Positions 22,496-32,639 of a stretch of 64,000 nt of DNA are shown piece by piece. The stretch spans positions 64,001 to 128,000 of the forward strand of contig CAVYQE010000010.1 in assembly GCA_963770565.1 (NCBI GenBank), in the 5' to 3' direction. The position numbers and the translations under genes are program-made. The notes under the pieces were generated by a model. The model had not been told where the DNA came from. It ran no database searches and saw only the letters and a list, made by a program, of their open reading frames with translations. The stretch's first letter is position 1, and the number at the start of each line of letters is the position of its first letter. Origin of the DNA: an uncultured Actinomycetota bacterium (lineage in GTDB: Bacteria; Actinomycetota; Actinomycetes; JAFAQI01).

Positions 22496-24505
22496 GTGAG
22501 TGCGGGCGGGGCGGGACCGCGGGGCAAACGACCGCGCAAGGTTGCGGCGCCTCGGGTGCCTGCGGACGAGCGGCCGATCGCCCGGCTGGCAGTGGATGTG
22601 TCGCTTTCACATCTGGACCGCCCGTTCGACTATCTAGTCACCGAGCCGCAGTCGGCGGCCGCCCAACCTGGGGTGCGGGTGCGGGTGCGGTTCGCCGGCC
22701 AGCTGGTCGACGGGATCGTGCTCGAGCGCCTCGCCGAGACCGAGCACGGCGGGCGGCTGTCGTACGTCGAGCGGGTACTCGGCGAAGAGCCGGTGTTGTC
22801 GGGCGAGATCGCGGCGCTCGGCCGCGAGGTGGCCGATCGATGGGCCGGCACCTTTGCCGACGTCGTCCGGCTGGCCGTGCCGCCGCGCAACGCCGGCGCC
22901 GAACGCGGAACGAGACAGCCGCTGTTGCCGGCCCCGCCACCTCCGTCGTCGGAGGCCCTCGATCGGTACGTCGGCGGCGCCGACCTGCTGGCCGAGCTGG
23001 CAGCCGGCCGGCCGCGGCGGGTGTGGGCGGTCCTGCCCGGCGACTGGCCCGGCGAGGTTGCGGCAGCGGTAGCGGCCACCGCCGCGGCGGGGCGCGGGGT
23101 CGTCGTGGTGGTGCCGGACGTTCGCGACGTCGCGCGGGTCGACGCCGCCCTGGTGGCGGCGATCGGGAAGGGTCACCACCTGGCCCTGACCGCCGACCTC
23201 GGTCCGGCCGAGCGCTACCGGCGGTTCCTGGCGATCAGCCGCGGCGATGTCCGGGTTGTGGTCGGAACCCGGGCCGCAGTGTGGGCGCCGGTGCACGAGC
23301 TCGGCTTGGTCGTCGTCTGGGACGACGGCGACGATCTTCATGCCGAGCCGAGGGCGCCGTACTGCCATGCCCGCGAGGTCGGGGTGCTGCGCGCGCACCG
23401 AGCCGAGGCCGGGCTGCTGCTCGCCGGGCACGCGGTCACGGCCGAAGGAGCGCTGCTGGTCGAGTCCGGCTGGGCCGGCGGGCTCGACCCGACCGAGCCG
23501 GCTCGGCGCCGGGACCTGCCGGTGGTCCGCGCGGCCGGCGGCGACGAGGAGCTGGCGGATGACCCGGCGGCGCGGGCGGCGCGGCTCCCGACCTTGGCCT
23601 GGCGGACCGCGCACAGCGGTCTCGCGGCCGGGCCGGTGCTCGTACAGGTGCCACGGCGCGGTTATCAGCCGGGCTTGGCCTGTGCGGCCTGCCGCACACC
23701 GGCCCGATGCACCAACTGCGCCGGACCGCTGGCGAGACCGGGCCCCGACCGCGCCCCGGTATGTCGCTGGTGCGGGGTGGCCGCGACCGCGTGGCGGTGC
23801 GGGGTGTGCGGCAAGGGAGAGCTAAGGGCGGTGGTGGTCGGCGTACGACGGACCGCCGAGGAGCTCGGCCGGGCCTTTCCCGGTGTCCCGGTCAAGACCT
23901 CGGGCGGTGGCACCGTGCTCGACCGGGTCGACGCCCGGCCGGCGTTGGTGATCGCGACGCCGGGGGCGGAGCCGATCGCGACCGGCGGGTACGCCGCCGC
24001 CGTGCTGCTCGACGGCTGGATGCTGCTGTCGCGACCCGACCTGCGCGCGGGCGAGGAGGCGCTGCGCCGCTGGCTGGTGGCTGCCGCCCTCGTCCGCGGC
24101 GGCGACGGACGGGTCGTCGTGGTCGCGCCGGGGGAGCTGCGGCCGGTACAGGCGCTGGTGCGGTGGCAGCCGCGCTGGCATGCCGAGCGCGAGCTCGACG
24201 ATCGCCGTGCGCTGCACCTGCCCCCGGCCGGCCGGATGGCCGCACTCACCGGGTCGCCGAGCGCCGTGGCGGACTTCCTGGCCGGGCTCGAGCTGCCGCC
24301 GGCCGCCGAGGTCCTCGGGCCGGTCCCAGTCGTCAGCCGGTCGCCCCGGGCCGACGATGGGCTCGAGGAGCGAATGCTGGTGCGGGTGCCGCGACCCCAA
24401 GGGGCGGCACTCGCGGCCGCACTGAAGGCGACCCAGGCCGGACGCAGCGCGCGCAAGGCCGATGGCGTGGTGCGGGTCGAGGTCGATCCGGTCGTGCTCG
24501 GCTGA
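22496..24505 (+). CDS. priA: Primosomal protein N' (actinobacterial type)
   Basis: HLDRPFDY, VVGTRAAV.AP, EPRAPY.HARE and four CxxC pairs (CAAC, CTNC, CRWC, CGVC). Confidence 0.93.
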   Translation: MSAGGAGPRGKRPRKVAAPRVPADERPIARLAVDVSLSHLDRPFDYLVTEPQSAAAQPGVRVRVRFAGQLVDGIVLERLAETEHGGRLSYVERVLGEEPVLSGEIAALGREVADRWAGTFADVVRLAVPPRNAGAERGTRQPLLPAPPPPSSEALDRYVGGADLLAELAAGRPRRVWAVLPGDWPGEVAAAVAATAAAGRGVVVVVPDVRDVARVDAALVAAIGKGHHLALTADLGPAERYRRFLAISRGDVRVVVGTRAAVWAPVHELGLVVVWDDGDDLHAEPRAPYCHAREVGVLRAHRAEAGLLLAGHAVTAEGALLVESGWAGGLDPTEPARRRDLPVVRAAGGDEELADDPAARAARLPTLAWRTAHSGLAAGPVLVQVPRRGYQPGLACAACRTPARCTNCAGPLARPGPDRAPVCRWCGVAATAWRCGVCGKGELRAVVVGVRRTAEELGRAFPGVPVKTSGGGTVLDRVDARPALVIATPGAEPIATGGYAAAVLLDGWMLLSRPDLRAGEEALRRWLVAAALVRGGDGRVVVVAPGELRPVQALVRWQPRWHAERELDDRRALHLPPAGRMAALTGSPSAVADFLAGLELPPAAEVLGPVPVVSRSPRADDGLEERMLVRVPRPQGAALAAALKATQAGRSARKADGVVRVEVDPVVLG

Positions 24506-24526
24506 GGCCCTCGCGACCGGTGCGGC

Positions 24527-27025
24527 TCAGTCCGCGGCGAGGATCCGCAACCGCTTCGGGTCGTAGAGCGGCGGGATCTGCAGCCGGGCCGGGACCAGGC
24601 CACCAGGAGTGTGCAGCGCGAACCCGCCGTCGGCGAGCCAGTCACCGGTGACGCCGTCTTCATGGTGGACCTGGACCAGGCCGACCGGGCCGCCGAGGGT
24701 GTGCCCGAACGCCGCCGCTCGGACGTAGCCGACCCAGTCGCCGTGGTGCAGCAGCGGCTCGTTGCCGAACAGGTCCACGTCCGGGTCGTCGACGATCAGA
24801 CTCACCACCCGGTCGCTGGGCGGTCCTTGTTCCTTGGCGGCGAGCAGCGCCTCGCGGCCGACGAAGCCGTCCGGCTTGTCCCACGAGATGGTGAAGCCGA
24901 GGCCGGCCCCGAGCGGGGTGTCGGTGTTGTCGATGTCGACACCCATGTCGCGATAGCCCTTCTCCAGTCGCAGGCTGTTCATCGCGGCCAGGCCGACCGG
25001 GCGGAATCCGAGGTCGACACCCATCGAGCACAGATCGTCGTACACCCCGGTGGCGTACTCGGTCGGGACGTGCAACTCCCAGCCGAGCTCACCGACGTAG
25101 GTGACCCGGGCCGCGAGCGCCGGGGCGTAGCCGACGTGAATCTGCCGCACGGTGAGGTACGGGAAGGCGTCGTTCGACAGGTCGGCGTCGGAGAGCCGGC
25201 CGATCAGCTCGCGCGAGAGCGGGCCCTGGACCGACAGCAACGTCACCGCGGAGGTGATGTCGGTCACCACGACGACCTCGTCCGGGCGGGTCTGCCGCCG
25301 GATCAGCGGCTCGACCCGGCGGTGGATGACGTCGCTCGCCACCACCAGGAACCGGTCCTCGCCGAGCCGGGTAACCGTGAGGTCGGCCATGATCCCACCG
25401 TGCGGGTCGAGCCATTGGGTATAGACCAGCCGCCCGATCTCGCGGTCGATGTCACTTGTGCTGAGCCGGTTGAGCACCGCCAGCGCGCCGGGACCCTGGA
25501 CCATGAGCTTCGCCATCAGGCTCATGTCGAGCATGCCGACCGCCTCGCGAACGGTTCGGTGCTCCTCGGCGACAATGCCGAACGAGTCCTGCCGGGTGAA
25601 GGTCAGCCGCGACTCGGGGTGCTCGGCATCGACGTCGTACCACTCGGCGAACTCCCAGCCCATCGAGACGTTGAAGTGCCCGCCCTGCGCGACCAGCCGG
25701 TCGTGCAGTACCGAGCGGCGCACGTCGCGGGCAGTGGCCGGCTTCCAGTTGGGCCACACCGCGTCGCCGAACAGCACGCCGAGTTGCTCGACCGTCCGCT
25801 CCGCGCGGAACCGGCGTGAGGTCTCGTGCAACGCGGCGCGATCCACGGCATAGCCGGTGATGTCGACCGGGGGTACGCCGTCGACGATCCACTGGGCCAT
25901 CACGTTGCCGACCCCACCGCCGAGCAGGATGCCGAGCGAGTTGAGGCCCGCGGCGACGAAGTAGCCGTCGAGCTCCGGAGCCGGCCCGAGCATCGGATGC
26001 ACGTCGGGAGTGAACGACTCCGGCCCGCAGAAGAAGGTCCGCACCCCGATATCGGCCAGCGACGGGATCCGGTCGAGGGCCGGGCCGAGGAACTGGCTCA
26101 TCCGGTCCCAGTCGGGCGGGAGGGTGGTGAACGATGCGTCGCCGGGGACGCCGTCGAGCGACCACGGTGCGGCGATCGGCTCGAACAGCCCGACCAGCAT
26201 GCCGTCGCCCTCGGGCCGGTAGTAGCCGTAGCGATCGGGGTCCTCGATCACCGCGAGGTCGCGGTCCATGCCGGGGACGGCGTCGGTGAGCAGGTAATAG
26301 TGCTCGGCGGCCTGAAGCGGGATCGTGACGCCGTTGCGGGCGCCGAGCTGGCGCGCCCACATCCCGGCCGCGTTCACGACGATCTCGGTCTCGATCCGGC
26401 CATGGTCGGTGCGGACGCCGGTCACCCGGGTGCCGTGGGTTTCCACCCGCTCGACGCTGACTCCCTGGACGATCTTCACGCCCAGCGCCGACGCGCCCTT
26501 CGACAGCGAGGTCGCGACGCCGACCGGGTCGGCCCGGCCTTCGTCGGCCACCAGGAAGCCGGCCAGCACGTCGGAGACATCGAGCAATGGCCACATCGCG
26601 GCCAGCTCGGCGGCCGAGATCTCCTCGTCCGGCACCCCGAACCCGCGGACGAACTCCGACTCCCGTCGCAGCGCGTCGAGGCGCTGCGGGTTGGTGGCGA
26701 TGCTGACGTGCCCGACCGGCCGGAAGCCGGTCGAGTGACCAGTCTCCGCCTCGAGTCGCGAATACAGATCCCGCGAGTAGCGGCTCATGAACAGCGCGGT
26801 CTCGTCGGTCATGCCGGCGCAGGTGATCAGTCCCGCGGCGTGCCAGGTGGTGCCTGCGGTGAGGGCATCGCGCTCGACCAGGACGACGTCCCGCCAGCCC
26901 AGGTGGGCGAGGTGGTAGGCGATGCTGCAGCCGATCACGCCGCCGCCGATGATCACGACTCGGGCGCGGTCCGGCAGCGCGGTCGTGCGGGGCGCGGGGT
27001 TCGTCTCACCGCTGCTGTCGGTCAC
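24527..27025 (-). CDS. GcvT-family FAD-dependent oxidoreductase (dimethylglycine/sarcosine dehydrogenase-like)
   Basis: VIIGGGVIG Rossmann motif, GTTWHAAG flavinylation His, GPESFTPD and a C-terminal aminomethyltransferase domain (SLRLEKGY). GTG start at 27025 is inferred. Confidence 0.88.
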   Translation of the reverse strand: MTDSSGETNPAPRTTALPDRARVVIIGGGVIGCSIAYHLAHLGWRDVVLVERDALTAGTTWHAAGLITCAGMTDETALFMSRYSRDLYSRLEAETGHSTGFRPVGHVSIATNPQRLDALRRESEFVRGFGVPDEEISAAELAAMWPLLDVSDVLAGFLVADEGRADPVGVATSLSKGASALGVKIVQGVSVERVETHGTRVTGVRTDHGRIETEIVVNAAGMWARQLGARNGVTIPLQAAEHYYLLTDAVPGMDRDLAVIEDPDRYGYYRPEGDGMLVGLFEPIAAPWSLDGVPGDASFTTLPPDWDRMSQFLGPALDRIPSLADIGVRTFFCGPESFTPDVHPMLGPAPELDGYFVAAGLNSLGILLGGGVGNVMAQWIVDGVPPVDITGYAVDRAALHETSRRFRAERTVEQLGVLFGDAVWPNWKPATARDVRRSVLHDRLVAQGGHFNVSMGWEFAEWYDVDAEHPESRLTFTRQDSFGIVAEEHRTVREAVGMLDMSLMAKLMVQGPGALAVLNRLSTSDIDREIGRLVYTQWLDPHGGIMADLTVTRLGEDRFLVVASDVIHRRVEPLIRRQTRPDEVVVVTDITSAVTLLSVQGPLSRELIGRLSDADLSNDAFPYLTVRQIHVGYAPALAARVTYVGELGWELHVPTEYATGVYDDLCSMGVDLGFRPVGLAAMNSLRLEKGYRDMGVDIDNTDTPLGAGLGFTISWDKPDGFVGREALLAAKEQGPPSDRVVSLIVDDPDVDLFGNEPLLHHGDWVGYVRAAAFGHTLGGPVGLVQVHHEDGVTGDWLADGGFALHTPGGLVPARLQIPPLYDPKRLRILAAD

Positions 27026-27166
27026 AGATCCTCGCAATCGCGTCCCGTGCCGACTCCGCTGTCGACGCTCGGCGATAGGAGTCTCACTGCTGCGCAGCGT
27101 GCTTGTCGAGGCGGCCCCCACGATCCCGGCTTGATCCCGGCCCCGGCCGGCACCGATGCTGTGCAG

Positions 27167-27622
27167 GTGCGACCCACTCTGTACGAGTACGCCGGGGGTG
27201 ACTCGGCATTCCTCAGGTTGGCCGCGGCGCACCACGCGCGTTGTCTCGCCGATCCGGAGCTCAATCACCCGTTCTCCCATCCCGGTCAGAACCCGCAGCA
27301 CGTCGAGCGGCTGGCGGCGTACTGGGCCGAGGTGCTCGGCGGTCCCGCGACCTATTCGGCGGAGTGCGGCAACCAGACCGACCTGCTTGTCATGCACTGT
27401 GGCAACGGCGACATGAGCGACCTCGCCCGCCGGTTCGTCGACTGTTTCGTCGGGTCGGCCGACGATGCCGGGCTGCCGGATGACCCCGAGTTCCGGGCCG
27501 CCCTGCGCGCCTACATGGAGTGGGCGGTCGGCGAGTTCACCAGCCACCCGGACGGCTCGGGCGACGTACCGAGCGGAGCCCCGATCCCGCACTGGGGCTG
27601 GGACGGTCGGCAGGACCACTGA
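27167..27622 (+). CDS. Group II truncated hemoglobin-like protein
   Basis: PTLYEYAGG, H..RLA.YWAEVLGGP..YS and GLPDDPEFRAALRAYMEW motifs; start is GTG at 27167 or 27161. Confidence 0.8.
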   Translation: MRPTLYEYAGGDSAFLRLAAAHHARCLADPELNHPFSHPGQNPQHVERLAAYWAEVLGGPATYSAECGNQTDLLVMHCGNGDMSDLARRFVDCFVGSADDAGLPDDPEFRAALRAYMEWAVGEFTSHPDGSGDVPSGAPIPHWGWDGRQDH

Positions 27623-27697
27623 CTGTCACGGACGCTCGGGTCCGGTCCAGCTCGACTTACGATGGCGGGTCGGCCGGAGTCCTTGAGGAGCAGTGAA

Positions 27698-28246
27698 GTG
27701 ACCGTTCAACCGATCCGCCTGTTCGGCGATCCGGTGCTCACCACCCCGGCCGAGCCGGTCACCACCTTCGACAAGGAGCTCCGGGTCCTGGTCAAGGACC
27801 TGACCGAGACGATGATCGACGCGCCGGGGCTCGGGCTCGCCGCGCCGCAGATCGGCGTCGGCCTGCGAGTGTTCACCTTCGATGTGGAGGACGTGGTCGG
27901 TCACCTGGTCAACCCGGTCCTGCGGATGATCGGCGACGAGGACCAGGAGGGCGACGAGGGCTGCCTGTCGTTCCCGGGCCTGTCCTTCCCGTGTATCCGG
28001 CGGCAGCACGTGGTCGCGACCGGGCACAACATGTACGGCGACCCGGTGACGATCGACGGCAGCGATCTGCTCGCCCGGTGCATCCAGCACGAGGTCGACC
28101 ACCTGGACGGCATCTTGTTCATCGACCGGCTCGACCCGGAGCAGCGCAAGGCGGCGATGCGCGCGATCCGCGAGGCGGAGTGGTCGGGGCTGGCCGGCCC
28201 CACGGTGAAGACGTCGCCGCACGCCACGAGCGGGCTCGCGTTCTAA
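27698..28246 (+). CDS. def: Peptide deformylase
   Basis: GLGLAAPQIG, EGCLS and QHEVDHLDG motifs. Confidence 0.97.
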   Translation: MTVQPIRLFGDPVLTTPAEPVTTFDKELRVLVKDLTETMIDAPGLGLAAPQIGVGLRVFTFDVEDVVGHLVNPVLRMIGDEDQEGDEGCLSFPGLSFPCIRRQHVVATGHNMYGDPVTIDGSDLLARCIQHEVDHLDGILFIDRLDPEQRKAAMRAIREAEWSGLAGPTVKTSPHATSGLAF

Positions 28247-28288
28247 TGACTGCCCGCTGACCGTCGTGACCGCAGGCCCGCGATCTCG

Positions 28289-29218
28289 ATGAGGCTCGTC
28301 TTCGCGGGCACCCCGCGGGTGGCGCTCCCAGCCCTCGACGCGTTGATCACCGGCGATCGGCACACGGTCGAGGCGGTCATCACTCGGCCCGATGCCAGGT
28401 CGGGGCGGGGCCACACACTCACCCCGAGCCCGGTCAAGGAACGCGCGGTCGATGCCGGGATCGAGGTGCTCACCCCGGACCGGCCCTCCGATCCGGCCTT
28501 TCTCGACCGGCTTCGTGAGATCAATCCGGACTGCTGCCCGGTGGTCGCGTACGGCGCGCTGGTCCCGCCGGCCGCGATCGAGATCCCGCCGGCCGGCTGG
28601 GTGAACCTGCACTTCTCGATCCTTCCGGCCTGGCGCGGCGCCGCGCCGGTCCAGCGGGCTTTGATGGCCGGTGACGACATTGCCGGTGCCTCGACGTTTC
28701 AGTTGGAGGCCGGCCTCGACACCGGCCCTGTCTTCGGGGTGATGACCACCGAGATCGGCCCCCGAGAGACCGCGGGGGAGCTGCTCGAGCGACTGTCGGT
28801 CGACGGCGCCCACCTGCTGAGCACGACCCTGGACGGGATCGAGGACGGCACCGTCGTACCGGTCCCGCAGCCGACCGAGGGCATCACGCTCGCGCCGCGG
28901 CTGACCACCGAAGACGCCCGGATCGACTGGGGCAAGGCGGCAATCGTCGTCGACCGCCAGGTGCGGGCCTGCACACCCGCGCCCGGTGCATGGAGCACGC
29001 TTCGCGGCAAACGGGTCAGGATCGGGCCGCTCACTCCACTCGAGCAGGACGGCGGGTTGGCCCCGGGAGAGGTCTCGGCCGGTCGTGCCTCGGTGCTGGT
29101 CGGCACGATGACCGGGCCGGTACAACTGACCGAGGTTCGACCCGACGGGCGGGCGCCGATGCAGGCGGCCGACTGGGTTCGTGGCCTGCGGCTCGACGCC
29201 GGCGAGCGATTCGAGTGA
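28289..29218 (+). CDS. fmt: Methionyl-tRNA formyltransferase
   Basis: MRLVFAGTP, NLHFSILPAWRGAAPVQ and LDTGP motifs. Confidence 0.97.
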   Translation: MRLVFAGTPRVALPALDALITGDRHTVEAVITRPDARSGRGHTLTPSPVKERAVDAGIEVLTPDRPSDPAFLDRLREINPDCCPVVAYGALVPPAAIEIPPAGWVNLHFSILPAWRGAAPVQRALMAGDDIAGASTFQLEAGLDTGPVFGVMTTEIGPRETAGELLERLSVDGAHLLSTTLDGIEDGTVVPVPQPTEGITLAPRLTTEDARIDWGKAAIVVDRQVRACTPAPGAWSTLRGKRVRIGPLTPLEQDGGLAPGEVSAGRASVLVGTMTGPVQLTEVRPDGRAPMQAADWVRGLRLDAGERFE

Positions 29219-29234
29219 TGCCAGTACCGGGTCG

Positions 29235-30578
29235 ATGACGAAGGATCCCGCCCGCCGCGCGGCGGTCGACGTGGTCCTTGCCGTCGACCGCGACGACGCC
29301 TACGCCAACCTGCTGCTGCCCCGCCTGCTGCGCGAGCGGGCCATCACCGGCACCGACGCGGCATTCGCCACCGAACTGGCTTACGGCACGCTGCGCCGAT
29401 CCGGGGTCCTCGACCCGGTTATCGGCGCCGGTGCTCGCCGGGACCCGGCCGGCCTCGATCCCGAGGTCCGGTCGGTGCTGCGGTTGGGTGCCTACCAGTT
29501 GCTGCACACCAGGGTTCCGCCGCACGCGGCGGTCTCGACCTCGGTCGACCTGGCCCGAGAGCTTGGCGGCCCGAAGATCACCGGGCTGGTCAACGCCGTG
29601 CTCCGGCGGGTCGCGCAGCGGGACTGGCCGCACTGGGTCGACGAGCTCGCACCGGCCGGCGACCCGGTCGGCCGGCTCGCCCTCGACCGGGGCTACCCGC
29701 GCTGGATCGCGGCAGCCTGGCTCGACGCGCTCGGGGACGACTTTGCCGAGCTCGACCGGGCGCTGACCGATGACCGGCCCTCGACCCACCTGGTCGCCCG
29801 CCCGAAGCGGATTAGCCGAGCCGAGCTCTTGGCCGCTGCCGGCCCGACCGCATCGCCCGGCCCGTGGTCGCCGTACGCGGTTCACCTGGCCGGTGGCGAT
29901 CCCGGCGCGCTCGCCGCCGTGCGCGACGGCCGGGCCGGCGTCCAGGACGAGGGCTCGCAGCTGGTCGCGCTGGCCGCTGCGGGGATCGCCCGCGAGGGGC
30001 CCGACCTCCGATGGTTGGACGCCTGTGCCGGTCCGGGCGGCAAGGCCGCCCTTCTCGCCGGGTTGCTGCCGGCCGGCGGCCGACTGCTCGCCGCCGACCG
30101 TGCACCGCACCGTGCCGCGCTCGTGACCCAGGCGCTCGGCGGCGACGAGCAGGCGGTTGTGGTGGTTGCCGACTCGACCCGTCCGGCCTGGGCCGACCGG
30201 TCCTTCGACCGGGTTCTGGCCGATGTGCCGTGCAGTGGTCTCGGCGCCTTGCGGCGGCGGCCGGAGCTGCGCTGGCGGCGGCAGCCTGAAGATGTCGAGC
30301 GGCTCGGGATCCTGCAGGCGGAGCTGCTGACCGCTGCGATCGACGCGGTTCGTCCGGGCGGCGTCGCGACATATGCGACCTGCTCGCCGCACCTCGCCGA
30401 AACGATCGGGGTGATCGACTCCGTTCTCGCGCAACGACTCGATGCCGAGCTGGTTGACGCCCGACCGGCCCTGCCCGGCGTACCCGACCTCGGCCCGGGT
30501 CCAACGGTTCAGCTCTGGCCTCATCGGCATCGGACGGATGCCATGTTTGTCGCGATGGTCCGGCGTAAACTCAATTGA
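29235..30578 (+). CDS. rsmB: 16S rRNA m5C967 methyltransferase (RsmB/Sun)
   Basis: NusB-like N-terminal domain; VQDEGSQ, DACAGPGGK, DVPCSGLG and YATCS motifs. Confidence 0.93.
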   Translation: MTKDPARRAAVDVVLAVDRDDAYANLLLPRLLRERAITGTDAAFATELAYGTLRRSGVLDPVIGAGARRDPAGLDPEVRSVLRLGAYQLLHTRVPPHAAVSTSVDLARELGGPKITGLVNAVLRRVAQRDWPHWVDELAPAGDPVGRLALDRGYPRWIAAAWLDALGDDFAELDRALTDDRPSTHLVARPKRISRAELLAAAGPTASPGPWSPYAVHLAGGDPGALAAVRDGRAGVQDEGSQLVALAAAGIAREGPDLRWLDACAGPGGKAALLAGLLPAGGRLLAADRAPHRAALVTQALGGDEQAVVVVADSTRPAWADRSFDRVLADVPCSGLGALRRRPELRWRRQPEDVERLGILQAELLTAAIDAVRPGGVATYATCSPHLAETIGVIDSVLAQRLDAELVDARPALPGVPDLGPGPTVQLWPHRHRTDAMFVAMVRRKLN

Positions 30579-30619
30579 TCCGGCAGTGATCACGGTGCTG
30601 GCGCGGCGATGAGGACGGG

Positions 30620-31306
30620 GTGTCGATGCAGATCGCACCGAGCATCCTGTCGGCTGACTTCGCTCGCCTCGCCGACGAGATCGCCGCGGTGAGCGACGAC
30701 GCCGACTGGATCCACGTCGACGTCATGGACAACCACTTCGTGCCCAACCTCACCCTCGGGCTGCCCGTCGTCGAGTCGCTGCTCAAGCACACCGCGGTCC
30801 CGCTCGACTGCCATCTGATGATCGACGACCCCGACCGTTGGGCACCCGGGTACGCCGAGGCCGGGGCACGCAGTGTGACGTTCCATGCCGAGGCCGCGCA
30901 CGCGCCGGTCCGGCTGGCCCGAGCACTTCGGGCCGCGGGCGCGCGGGCCGGTCTGGCGCTCAAGCCGGCCACATCGATCGAGGCCTACGCCGACCTGCTG
31001 CCCGAGATCGACACCGTGCTGATCATGTCGGTGGAGCCGGGCTTCGGCGGGCAGTCGTTCCTCGACGTCGTGCTGCCGAAGATCAGGCGCGCCCGCGAGC
31101 TCGTGCGCGACGGCGCGCACGCGGTCTGGATCCAGATGGACGGCGGCATCGACGAGGAGACCATCGAGCGCTGTGCCGACGCCGGCGCCGACGTCTTCGT
31201 CGCCGGCTCGTCGGTCTACGGCAGCGACGATCCGGCCGACGCGGTCCGCCGGCTGCGGGCCCAGGCCGAGCGGGCCGGTCGCACCTCCTGGTGGTGCCCC
31301 TCGTGA
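30620..31306 (+). CDS. rpe: Ribulose-phosphate 3-epimerase
   Basis: [32 protein letters not shown] and DGG motifs. Confidence 0.97.
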   Translation: MSMQIAPSILSADFARLADEIAAVSDDADWIHVDVMDNHFVPNLTLGLPVVESLLKHTAVPLDCHLMIDDPDRWAPGYAEAGARSVTFHAEAAHAPVRLARALRAAGARAGLALKPATSIEAYADLLPEIDTVLIMSVEPGFGGQSFLDVVLPKIRRARELVRDGAHAVWIQMDGGIDEETIERCADAGADVFVAGSSVYGSDDPADAVRRLRAQAERAGRTSWWCPS

Positions 31307-32253
31307 GCACGGTCCTGGTCGTTGACGACGACGCCGAGGTCGCGGAGTTCATCGAGAGCAATCTGCGCACCGAGGGCTTCGACGTACTGGTCGCGCGGGA
31401 CGGGCTCGAGGCGCTGCGGATCATCAACTCCTCGTTGCCCGACCTGGCTCTGGTTGATGTGCTGATGCCCAACGTCGGGGGGATCGAGGTGGTTCGCCAG
31501 CTCCGGTCGGCGACGGCCACGGCCAGCCTTCCGGTCATCATGCTGACCGGCACGAGCGTGTCCGCGGACCGGGTGGTCGGTCTCAGCGCGGGTGCGGACG
31601 ACTACCTGGTCAAGCCCTTCGACACCCTTGAACTGATCGCGCGGGTGCGCTCGACGCTGCGGCGCAACGCCGACATGCGGGCGGTGTCGCCGCTCACCGG
31701 CCTGCCCGGCAATCACCGGATCAACGAGGAGATCGAGCGGCGCACCGCCAGCGGCGAGGGCTTTGCGGTCTGTCACGTCGACCTCGACAACTTCAAGGCG
31801 TTCAACGACCGTTACGGCTGGATGCGCGGCGACGATGTCATCGAGTTGCTGTCGACGACCCTCAAGCAAGCCGCCGCCGCAGCCGGGCCGCCGCCGGCCT
31901 TCATCGGTCATGTCGGCGGTGACGACTTCGTCGTCGTCTGCACGCCCGAGCAGGTCGAGCCGCTCTGCCTCGACGCGCTCGACCGCTTCGACAGCGGAGT
32001 GCTCGCCCTGCACGAGGCCGACGACGTCGAGCGGGGCTACCTCGCGGTCGTCGACCGGCAAGGTCACGAGCGGCACTTCCCACTCACCTCGGTGTCGATC
32101 GGGGTGGCCACGACCGAGCGTCGGCACTACCGCGACCATCGAGATGTCGTCGCGGTGGCCAACGAGATGAAGGCAGTGGCGAAGGCGCGGGCCGGATCGA
32201 TCGTCGCGATCGACCGCCGGTCCAACGGCGAGGACGAGCTGCAGCCGACCTAG
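31303..32253 (+). CDS. Response regulator receiver + GGDEF-like domain protein
   Basis: VLVVDDD, LVDVLMP and [10 protein letters not shown] receiver motifs; [24 protein letters not shown] and HVGGDDF. GTGA overlap with rpe. Confidence 0.88.
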   Translation: MSTVLVVDDDAEVAEFIESNLRTEGFDVLVARDGLEALRIINSSLPDLALVDVLMPNVGGIEVVRQLRSATATASLPVIMLTGTSVSADRVVGLSAGADDYLVKPFDTLELIARVRSTLRRNADMRAVSPLTGLPGNHRINEEIERRTASGEGFAVCHVDLDNFKAFNDRYGWMRGDDVIELLSTTLKQAAAAAGPPPAFIGHVGGDDFVVVCTPEQVEPLCLDALDRFDSGVLALHEADDVERGYLAVVDRQGHERHFPLTSVSIGVATTERRHYRDHRDVVAVANEMKAVAKARAGSIVAIDRRSNGEDELQPT

Positions 32254-32297
32254 GGCGCCGCGGATCGCCTCGTGGTGCACAATGGAAGCGAACGCCC

Positions 32298-32453
32298 CGC
32301 GCGCTCCGGGATCGGTGAAAACCCGAACCGGCGGTGAACGACCAGCCCGGCAACGAGCTGATCCGAAGTCCGCGACCCGGCCGACGCCATCGGCCGGTGG
32401 ACCTGGTGAGACTCCAGGACCGACGGTGACAGTCCGGATGAGAGGAAGCGCGC
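32298..32453 (+). ncRNA. FMN riboswitch (RFN element)
   Basis: cgggatcggtgaaaacccgaaccggcggt...agtccgcga...gacctggtgagactccaggaccgacggtgacagtccggatgagagga, upstream of the rib operon. Confidence 0.93.
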
Positions 32454-32585
32454 GAGCGGTGGTCGTGCGACGCGGTTGGTTTACGCGGTGCGCGAGCCCG
32501 GCCGGTCCGGACCGCGTGCGGCTGATCCCGCTGAGCACTCGGCGCACCGGTCGAGTGCCCGCACGCTGACCCCCGTTCGCGAGTC

Positions 32586-32639
32586 CTCGTCTCCCGCAGT
32601 TCGCACCACCGGCGTTCGCCGAGCGGGTCGGAGGACGAG
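32586..32639 (+). promoter_or_regulatory. Anti-SD/SD hairpin, the likely expression platform of the FMN riboswitch
   Basis: ctcgtctcc (32586-32594) is complementary, with one bulge, to ggaggacgag (32630-32639) immediately before the ribD ATG. Confidence 0.55.

Noticed and set aside
22496-24505. PriA lacking a Walker A (GSGKT) motif as a pseudogene
   Set aside because: The frame is intact, and helicase-degenerate PriA is usual in actinobacteria.
28246-28292. Micro-ORFs between def and fmt (MTAR*; VTAGPRSR*)
   Set aside because: They do not form a continuous overlapping chain and are likely chance.
30838-31302. N-terminal extensions in ORF-track calls (REC-GGDEF, ribBA, infC, pheT, gmk, the 1030-aa GcvT call)
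   Set aside because: They overlap upstream genes and are Arg/Pro-rich noise; downstream starts with an SD or stop-start overlap fit better.
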